Notes under the pieces: generated by a model
The model's database searches: none
What the model was told of the DNA's origin: nothing
What the model saw: the letters and a program-made list of their open reading frames with translations, nothing else
In this document: piece by piece, positions 52,424 through 64,000 of the stretch
Layout of the letters: each line of letters starts with the position of its first letter
How positions within the stretch are numbered: the first letter of the stretch is position 1
Position numbers and translations under genes: made by a program
From: Syncephalis fuscata S228
Taxonomy: Eukaryota; Fungi; Zoopagomycota
DNA: 64,000 nt
Assembly: GCA_025786725.1 (NCBI GenBank)
Contig: JAHLTZ010000002.1
Span: forward strand, 434,001-498,000
Direction of reading: 5' to 3'

Positions 52424-52716
52424 AGTAACGAAACGAACGAGACAGATCAAACGAGAAGTTAAGAAAAGTGCTATGGCTGTGTTGTTGTGGTTAAAGGTGA
52501 AAAGAAAGACACGATAATGTTCGGAAGCCATTTGACTAATCTATTGATATCTTTCTACACTCACTCACCCATTCACCCATCTATCCACTTATTGATAGAT
52601 TTGCACACATTAACGTATTAATGTTAATTCTAATTTATGCTATTTAATTGATCCATTGATTCTTATGCCACCAAGCATCGTTTATTACATAAAAGAACTT
52701 ATAAAACTCTACGGCA

Positions 52717-54427
<1,711 letters not shown>

Positions 54428-54728
54428 TTAAAGCGACCGATGTTAAAAGGATTTAGCGATCGCACTGCAAAAGAAAAAGTGAATATGCCAGTGTGTGACT
54501 GAGGTGAAAAGACGCTATTAATTTTTTTCTTAATATCTTCAACGAATTTGATCGATTCAAAAATGTCCATCGACTTTGTCATGTCTATTTCATTTAATAA
54601 TAATAATAATGTATAATAGTTGTAGTAGTTACAGTCTTTGCTTGTATTTATCAAAAGTCATAATACACAAGTGGTGGACATTTTATTATTCGTTCAGCAG
54701 AGAGATAAAGATAGAGAAATACGATCCA

Positions 54729-55747
54729 TTAGAAAGCATTAGCATGAGCAATAATCTTGGTCATTTCTATTAAAATAAATGCATATTTAATAAACATCTA
54801 ATTAATATCTACGTAATATTCAATTACTTACGTTCAAACTCTAAACTTTCCGTTAATACTGATGATTTTGCTTCATTTGAATCGTTAACTGGGATTGACA
54901 CTGTACTACCATTAATCTCCCATCCTTGTAGATTAATAAATTCATCAAGTTCCTCGCCCGACATATTTAATTGCTTTTCCAATGCAGATTTATCAATAGT
55001 TTGGAAACACTAGTAATGACGCTAGCAATCACTATCAGGCCATGTACATACGTACAAATTAGCTTCCATATTCCATTCTACTAGTGTATGCATTACTAAC
55101 ATTGTTTAAGTGCCATGTCAAAGTCGGGCACACCGCTTACAGCCTCGCGATACAATTCATCATTCTTCAACTCAGCCCATGCCTCAACATATCGTGATTC
55201 TGTCACCAATTGTTGAAGAGAAATAAGGCGCGAGACCTTCTCATCAGCAATCTATAATATATTGCAATATCAACCATTAGAATACTTGTTTATCCATATC
55301 ATCTAAATATCCATGGCTATTTAGCATTATAACTTACAACTGTATCATTCAATAGATAGAGACATAGATTGAAATCTGGTTCTGGTGACATAACCAATGC
55401 TTTGGTCAATACTGTAGATACGACATCTAATTTCAACGCATCGGCATATAGTTGATACCTATATAAATACAAATAGATAAATATTCAAGTATAGTATTCA
55501 TTTAAATATTGTTGTGACTATATATGCTGCAACTAAAGCAAGGTATCTCATCTGGCCAATAGACTAACTACTTATCAAATACCTACAGCTTTAATAACGC
55601 AAGGTTAGCAGGTAGATCGCTACCCGATTCACGGCATTGCTCAGTCAAATATTCCTCCAAGAGTGGAATATGTGCTGGATTGTACCGGCCAATACCCGTA
55701 ATCAGCGAGTCAATGCCTTCTGGGCGTACCATAGTTGGTGTCGACAT
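54729..55747 (-). CDS. EIF3K: Translation initiation factor 3 subunit K
   Basis: RPEGIDSLITGIGRYNPAHIPLLEEY, ANLALLKLYQ, LTKALVMSPEPDFNLCLYLL, NEAKSSVLTESLEFEQMTKII. Confidence 0.9.
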
Positions 55748-55844
55748 GATGTTACGATTTAAACAACAAAGTATAGTTTATCCACTAGAATGACTGCAGT
55801 AACGCCAATAGATCAATTGAATAAATAGATCAATGGACAATGGA

Positions 55845-55910
55845 TAAATAGATGAATGAATAAATGAATGGATAGATGGATGGATGGATGGATGGATGGA
55901 TGGATAGATA
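55845..55910. repeat. (GGAT/GAAT/AGAT)n tetranucleotide microsatellite
   Basis: Direct reading of the TGGA repeats upstream of eIF3k. Confidence 0.85.
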
Positions 55911-56145
55911 CGCACTAAAAATGTCAGCTAGAATGACGATGCTTGTATTCCTAGTATTACTTTCGTCGTTGTTGTCGTTGTTACTATTACAATTGGATGA
56001 CGCGTATAGATAGAAGTTTATTTTGTGTGTGTATCATTGTTACTAGAGACAGATAGCCAATCAGAATACTAATATTTCACCTTTACTATTTAGCACAGTG
56101 TAATATGGCATTTATTTTATTATTTCTATTAGATAAATAGTATAT

Positions 56146-57282
56146 TCATTTTTTACGGTCGGCCTTCCATTTATATACAGGAAGGTTATGTTTATCAACG
56201 CCTACTTTCTTTCGCCGTCCCTTGGTCTAATCGTTATGTAAGAATGTGTATATTACAGTGACTATTGAATAGGATAACATTTCCATATCCATTCAACTTA
56301 CCATTAAATTACGTTGAATAATGACTTCTCGTTCTACTTCGGCCAGTTTACTATCACGGTCTAGACGTGACTCTAATTCACGATATTTACGGGCTCTTTC
56401 TTGTTGCATACTCTATTAATGATGATTGATGTTAATATTATAACGATTACAGTGTTATTGCCGTATAGTTATTACCTTTAAGCTCGCTCCTTTGGGTCCA
56501 CCAATCGTTTGTGTCTTTAATTGATCCACTGTCAATCGATTAAATCGTCGGTCCATTAATTCAGGTAATGTGTTGAAATGTTTTGATGGATTAAAGTTAC
56601 GAGCTGTAATAAATAGATTAGTACTATATATATATATATTATCCATCAATGACTTACCTTCAGTTTCATCATCTACAAATACAGTATGTTTAGGCTTAAT
56701 TGTAGTTGCTTTGATATCTTGTAAATCATCCATATCTGCATCCATATCTGCATTACTATCGGTAACACCAATAAATTGTAGCTCTCCTTGTAATCGTTCA
56801 ATTTTCTATTTAATTATATTAATATAGATAATTAATTAATCCAATACTATATTATACATAATAGAAAAATTCTTACCTTTTTATCGATATTTCGTGCGTG
56901 TGTAATATAATTAAGATTTTGTGATTTAATTAACTTTTGCATCTCTTCAGGTAGTTGTTTACTGCGATCATCTAGTATATGAACACCACCCTATATATAC
57001 ATATTATATATTATATATATATTGTTAATTAACATCTAATTTGTCCTAGTGTTTATTAATCTACCTTAGTCTTGGCGTTAATCATTTTGAAGTAGAACTC
57101 ATCAGGATTTTTAAAGAGTGCTTTGTGTTTAAGCGCTGTTAAACGCTTTTCTTTAGAATGATGATCCTTGGCACGTAGTACATATCCTTATGCTTCTCCA
57201 GCAATCCAAATCGTTCTCGACTGGCCAATTGACCGCGTTCACGGTGTTGGCGTTGCCGTACGGCATTCTTTAATGAAGACAT
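56146..57282 (-). CDS. UTP11: U3 snoRNA-associated protein 11
   Basis: MSSLRNAVRQRQHRERGQLASRERFGLLEKHKD, KNPDEFYFKM, KHTVFVD, HFNTLPELMDRRFNRL, VYKWKADRKK*. Confidence 0.93.
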
Positions 57283-57392
57283 GTTAAAGTGTAAATGAGA
57301 AAGATGAGAAAAAAGAAATAAAAAAGTACTAAGCTTTAATTAAATTTCCACTTGTTTATTTTGTTAACACCACCACCACCACCAAACAAAAC

Positions 57393-58844
57393 ATGAAACG
57401 AAAACGTGGTCAGCGTAAGCGGGCCAGTGAAGATACCGATACGTATAATGGTCGGGCTGTATTGCCAGTAGCGACTCATTTAACAAATCCTGACGGACCA
57501 CCGGCAACTGGCGAGGAATATTTGTGGCTTGTTCGGTAAGTAGTGTAGACTAGAATGACCACCTATTAGCTAGCTTATTACTCCTATCTATGTATACGTA
57601 TATATGTATATAGGAAAGAAGCAGAGAAATGTCCAGATATTGTAGCAGCTAGTAGGGTAGAAGAGCCAACAAGCAGTTCGACAGTAGATCCGGCATTACG
57701 ACCAGCACGGTGGCGAGTTCCAACAGAAACAGCTACAGCCACTTCAACTAAGCAATTCTTGCAACCAAACTCAAACTGGAAAGTATCATTTTTAGCAACA
57801 TTTGCCAAAAATCGTCAGGTAAATAAATGAGGGTATACTATAGAAAAATATTAATGTATTTATTATTATAAATAGCGTTTACAAACATATAGAGCAAATC
57901 ATAAAAATGGCGAAGCATTGGATATTGATATTCATTCGCTACCAAAAGCCAACAATGAAATGGGCTGGTTAAAATTTTGTTATGGAGATTCGGCATGGCT
58001 ATTGTATTCAGAAGCTGTAGAAGAAGAAGAAGGCGAAGTGGAAGAAGAGGAAGAAGAGAAAGAAAAAGAGCTATTTGACACTTTAGATATAGAAAATGAT
58101 ACGGAAGCTTTAGAAGAAGTAGAAACTAATGATAATATTAATAATATCGATGCTGATACTGATATAAAAGAAGAACAGGTCAATAATAATAAGAAAGCAC
58201 TAGATCAGAATGAAAATGCTTTACAATTGGCCAAAGATCGTTTATTGGCATCATTAAATAGTCTAATTGAACCATTAGTAACATCAACACAGACTATTTT
58301 TAATAATAATGAAAATAGTGCATCCACTAATACAAATGATGGTGTAGATCCATCATTGTCATTTATAGCCCATTTATCACAAGTATGTCATTATTTCATT
58401 ATTATTATTATTATTATTATATTTAACAAAAACTATAGAAATACGTAATTAATTTACTTCAATTCCATGCCAACATCTTGAAACTATGCCATTAACAGAG
58501 GCACAAGTAAGTAATTATTTTATTGCTAAAACATGTATTTAACATCCAAAATGGTTTATTTTTACTATTTACCACATCATAGGGACAATGGCTATACGCG
58601 CTATTGCTACGTGTAGATGCCGTTCTAACTAGCAGTGAAATGGCCGTATTAAGATCAGTTTGCCGTGGTTGTCACGCTATTCGTAACCAAATTGTAAGTT
58701 ATATAACATGCTGATCACTATTTAGCTAGCGATTTACTTTACGTACATTAATAGACTTGTCACGACGATCCAAGATTAATTATCGTGAATATGATTATTG
58801 CTATTATTGCCGAGCATTTTGGACAGCGCGACTTAGCCTACTAG
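57393..58844 (+). CDS. GEMIN2: Gemin2 / SIP1 / Brr1-like SMN-interacting protein
   Basis: AVLPVA...PPATGEEYLWLVR-KEA, QWLYALLLRVDAVL...LRSVCR, NMIIAIIAEHFGQRDL; acidic insertion. Confidence 0.85.
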
Positions 58845-59462
58845 TCATTTATTCATGTATTTAATAAACTATCCATGTATCAGTTCAGCTATATCGGCAT
58901 TCTATACTTATTTATAGAGTTACTACAGACGCTTGCATTAAATGACGAGATATTTTCATCAATTGTCATTTATAGTGATGTTTCAATGTCAGGCCATTCT
59001 CGGCGTCTATCCAATTTAGGATACCAATGTTTTGCCAAGCGAGACCATCAAGTTCAGTCTACATCTCCACTGATTGGTCAAGAATGTTTTGTATCCATTA
59101 ACGCCGAATTACTGCCACGTCAGCAAAGCAAATTTAAGACATACTCTGATACGTGCATGCAGATATAATAAGTGGCGTGACGGCACTCTCTCGCACTTTC
59201 GCTTCGACTATAGTGAACGACCGATTAATCTTGTTTCGCCTATTGTTGTTACTAACACTCCCTCTTCTTTTCTTCTTCTTTTTATCGCTATTACTTCTAT
59301 ATTGCTATCGTATTTTATATTACGATAAGAGTACAGCTATTCCAATACTTACTGTAACTTTTAGTATTGGCTACTATTCTTTGTAGGTAAGTGGCTGTGA
59401 ACACATTAGACTATAGCTGGTTTAATGAAACGTGTTTTTATTAGTTTATTCTATAGCTAGCA

Positions 59463-62400
59463 ATGTCTACCCCCGCGGAACACGCGGAGGCCGAGATGCC
59501 CGCTGAAGTGCCAGCGCAAGCCGAGGTGTCTGCTGAAGCTGCTGAAGCTGTAGAAGCTGCAGCCCAGGCCCAGGCCCACGCCGAAGGATATGCTGCAATA
59601 GCAGAGGAGGCGGCCGGCACGACTGCCGTTGTACATAATATCCCGCCCGATGTGACGCCTGAAGAGGCAGCCAAACAAGCGTTAAAGCGAACAATTGCTG
59701 CCGACAATAAAGAAGCCGAACAAATTAAAGAAAAAATTGATCGAGTGACTGGCGCCGTGAAGCAAGCTGGTCAAACATCGACGGCTAATTTGGCGGCTGA
59801 GACACCTGCCGAAGTGCCGGTGACCACCGTTGAGCAAATGGATCCACTTGCTATGGCCATTGCCGGCTACGAGCAAGAACGGGGTAATAAACAAGAACAG
59901 CTTGAAAAGATGCGTATTGGTCCGTTTAAATTCTTACCCGAAGATTTGCTCGGCGCTGTCTGGTTTGATGGCATTTGCATCATTGTTGTTGGCTTCTTTA
60001 CTTGGTTAATGTGCTTTATCGGTGGTGGCTTCTTTCTTTCCGCACCTATTTGGTTTGGTGGTGGTAAGTAGACAGTGTGATATTTATTATTTTGTTATTA
60101 ATCAGTGCTTATTACAATTAGCCATCTATTATGCTGGATCAATTAAACGTTTCCGTATTGTGGTGCGAGATGAAATTCAGCGTAATATTGAAAAGCAGCG
60201 AGTAAGTAGTTATTCCCATTTAATAGCTATTTATTTACTAATTATTGATTGAATAATAGCTCGATGAAGATATTGAGACGGTTGCTTGGGTTAATACGCT
60301 AATGGACCGATTCTGGCTTACTATGGAACCGGTCATTTCTGCCATTGTCATTGAACAAGTTGATCCCTACTTGCAAATGTACTGTCCAAGTGTACTTGAC
60401 TCGATCAAGTTGACTACATTTACACTAGGCAATAAGCCACCTCGAGTGGAATCTGTTCGTTGCTTCCAACGTACAGATGATGATATTATCGTAAGTTGTA
60501 CGAGTGCTTAAATAACATATATTTACGATGTATTATTGTACAAATTATTTAGTTGATGGATTGGCGTGTAGCCTTTCTGCCTAATGATCTATCTGATCTA
60601 ACTGGTGCTCAAGCCGCCGATAAAGTAAACCCAAAAGTTGCACTTAGTATTCACTTGGGCAAAGGTATGGTTGGTGCTGCCATGCCAATTATGGTAGAAG
60701 ACATGGCGTTCAAAGGTCATTTACGACTCCGATTCAAGCTGATGCGTACCTTCCCTTATTTGAAGACGGCCGATGTCATGTTTATGGAGCCACCGTATAT
60801 TGATTACAAATTAAAGCCTGTAGGCGGTGAACGATTTGGCTTTGATATTGCTCATGTAAGTATTTATAGTAATATAATGTCTACGTGGCTAATTATTGTT
60901 TTTATTCATTGTGTAGTTCCCTGGTCTACCAACACTGGTTAAAGATATTATGACAAGTGTTATGGGACCGATGATGTATCGTCCTAATGTATTTACTCTT
61001 GATATCGAGGGAATGATGGCTGCTACTGTAGCAGGAGGTAAGTTATCTGACTATTAAAATTGAAAATATACTTATGTATATATGTATGTATGTATATTTA
61101 TTTATATAGAACGAGCTATTGGTGTACTCAAGTTGACAATTCGTCGTGGTAAAGGACTGAAGAATGCTGAAATTATGGGCAAGTTTAACAAAATATTAAT
61201 AAGCATTACAGACTATTAATATACAATTATAGGTTCGTCCGATCCTTATTGTAAGATTAGCATTAGTGGTCGAGGCGAACTGGCTCGTACAAAGATTGTA
61301 CCTAGCACGTAAGTTAATACATATATTAACAACTAACTACAATAACATACTAACTATATTTGTTATTTATATTTGTATAGCCTTAATCCAATCTGGGATG
61401 AAACACACTATCTTATTCTTCAATCATTCCAGAATCAGTTGGAATTGGAAGTATACGACGATAACAAGATGAAGAAGGATTCGCCATTAGGTGATGCTAA
61501 TTTCGATCTAAGTGTACTCGAGAATGATCCTGAATTTGAAGAAATGTGCGTATTTGTAATATTACAAGTATAAGATAAACTAATATATAAATATTCTACT
61601 AGTGTTCGACCATTGGTACTTAAGAATGGACGTGAACAAGGAGAGATCAACTTTGGCTGTTCCTTCTATCCAGTTATAGAGCAGCAACAAGCATTGGAGG
61701 AAGGTCTGGATCCATTAGTTTTGAGTAAGTTATCTACATTTATTATTATACTAGACCATTAATAACCAATAATTAACTTTTATAGACAAGGGTGTACTAC
61801 GCATTACTATTCATCAAGCCAAGGAAATTGATGCCAGCAAATCGATGGTCGGTGCCTATAATCCATATGCTGTGATGCGCGTCAATGGCAAGGAAGTGTT
61901 CAAGACACGTCACTTGAAACGTACCAACAATGCCATTTGGGAAGAGACATTTGAAACGCTCGTCTACGATTTGGACAAGACTCAACTGTCACTTGATGTT
62001 AAAGACGATCGTGGCATTACTACCGATGTTGTTGTTGGTACATGGCAAGGCAAGGCACGTTCTGTTGTTGATCTTACGGCCAAACAAGAAAATTGGTTCC
62101 AATTGGCCAATGTGGCTACCGGACGTGTCCGTATTAGCGCCATATGGCTACCAATTACTGCCGATCTAGAAATGCACCATGAAGGCCAAGTTAAGCCACC
62201 GATCGGTGTTATTCGTCTACACATGCAAGAAGCCAAACGTCTCAAGAATGTTGAAGGTGTTGGTGGTGGCAAATCCGACCCATACGTCCAAGTATTGCTG
62301 GCCAATGTCCGTCGAGCCAGAACAAGTGTCATCGATGACGATCTTGACCCCATTTGGGATGAAGTACTTTATGTGCCAGTCCATCATGAGAGTGAAACAC

Positions 62401-64000
62401 TTGTACTTGAAGTCATGGACTTTAATCACAATACAAAGGACAAATGCATTGGTACTTGTTTACTTAAGGTATCTGACTTGTCCAGTGCACCCGGCACCAC
62501 AATTAGTCCCTGGGCCAATCTTTCCTTGGGCAAACAAACAGGACGTGGTGTTCTTAATTACGCGGCCACTTTCCACCCAATTATTGATATACATCCAAAG
62601 AAGAGCGAAGAATCATCGCCTGTTGAAGGTGGTAAAGAAGCAAGCGACGCAGCTTCAATTAAAACAGCTACCGAGAGTGTTAAGACATCTGCTCCAGCCA
62701 CACCTATTGACTACTCAATCTACACGTCTGGTGTATTGGGCATTAGTATTAACGAAGCTCGTGCTCTACCCAAGCCTAGTGATGCATTGGCCGAGGTCTA
62801 CATGAATATGGATCCAGATCAGCTGGTCTATCAAACAAAGAAGAAGCGCAAAACAACTACACCAGCCTGGGAAGAGTCTTGCGACTGCTTCATTAAAGAA
62901 CCGCTCATGGATATGCTTACGGTGGTTATTAAATCAAAGGAAGCCGAGTCAGAGGATGGACCAGTTCACAAGTTTGATATTAAAATGACTGAGATTATTC
63001 ATGTTCTAAGTAATTCGCCAGAACTTGCCTCTAAAGGTGATTGGTATGGCAGCCCACAAGGACCACAAATCAATCTGTCCTTTACCTATACACCAGTTGA
63101 ATATGAAATTGATCCAAGTGAAAGTGCACTCAGTAAGTATATTTTATTAATGTGTTATTCTATTAATTAATATGTTTTATTAGATGTTGGCATTCTATCG
63201 GTTGATGTCAAGAGTGCCGAAAATCTCCCTGCTGCCGATAAATCAGGTAAATGTATTTATTTAGTTGATACAAACGTCAATTAACACAACTGCTATGTCC
63301 ATTAGGACCAGTGATCCATATGCCGTATTCACATTAAACGGTGAAAAGGTCCACAAGACAAAGGTGATCAAGAAGAAGTTGAATCCAGTCTATGACGAAA
63401 AGTTCACCACGCCTGTTCACAAACTTAAGGGCGATTTACGAGTTGAAATATTTGATTGGAATCAAGTCAATCAGGATAAACGATTGGGCACAGGTGTAGT
63501 TGATCTTACTCAATTGGAGCCTGGTATGGGTTTACCGCAGCAAGTACAGCTTAATAATGGTACAGCCGGCATTGTAAATCTACAGCTATTATTCCGACCG
63601 ACTTTTATTTCAAAGATGACCCATCGTGCCTCAACAAGTTTGGGTCATATGGTTAATCCATTAACACAAGTCAAGACGGTGGGCAACATTGCTGGATCGG
63701 CTGCCCGTGGTGGTGTTCGTACTGTGAGCACTATTGGTGGTGCGGCAGGTGGTGCTGTCAAATCAGTATTCAGCTTTGGCAAACGTCAATCGGTGGGCCG
63801 AGTTTTAACGTCGAGTAAATCGACATCTCACTCGAGCTCTAACATGCCATCGGATGAACCACTTGAATTGCCGGAGAATGTTACACCTGAAGTGCCATTG
63901 CAACCGGTCACATCAGATAATCCATCACTGATGAGTACTGAAGGTAGTCACAACCCAATGATGCATAGTGGTTCGGTTGAAACATTACCGGTACCGGCTG
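59463..64000 (+). CDS. Tricalbin / extended synaptotagmin (TM hairpin, SMP, multiple C2), runs off the window end
   Basis: ETVAWVNTLMDRFW, FTLGNKPPRV, C2 motifs (SDPY, LNPIWDE, GKSDPYV, LPAADKSG); 5'-UTR intron 59387-59456. Confidence 0.92.

Noticed and set aside
62179-62805. 208-aa alternative-frame ORF within tricalbin
   Set aside because: Overlaps a conserved C2-domain exon in another frame and has no recognisable features.

Overview
Gene-dense, AT-rich eukaryotic DNA with short (~50-90 nt) spliceosomal introns. The gene content points to an early-diverging fungus; a Zoopagomycota mycoparasite such as Syncephalis is my inference and is not verified. Housekeeping genes are PEX11 (partial), SEN34, an EVE/THYN1 protein, an AFG2/SPATA5-like AAA+ ATPase, an alpha-arrestin, an ABCG half-transporter, DUG2, a CUE-AlkB-GRF protein, PRP19, ORC5, ATP18, WDR5/SWD3, eIF3k, UTP11, Gemin2 and tricalbin (partial). 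An accessory, secretory-pathway gene set is interleaved with them: (i) six membrane-anchored prolyl 4-hydroxylase-like genes, two with shared introns and four intronless, two of the latter forming a ~2.3 kb head-to-head palindrome; (ii) four, probably five, paralogous secreted all-helical proteins of no family I recognise, two carrying Pro-rich repeats that could be P4H substrates; (iii) a tandem pair of small cationic amphipathic secreted peptides with near-identical prepro regions but ~45% identical mature regions; (iv) an M14 carboxypeptidase, a bacterial-looking GH16 glucanase, a 7TM-like protein and a decayed kinase-like gene. Non-coding highlights are two U12-type minor-spliceosome introns (AT-AC in ORC5, GT-AG in the EVE gene) and a 222-bp-arm near-perfect inverted repeat. 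Many single-base frameshifts, including in essential genes, indicate consensus errors, so gene ends are approximate.
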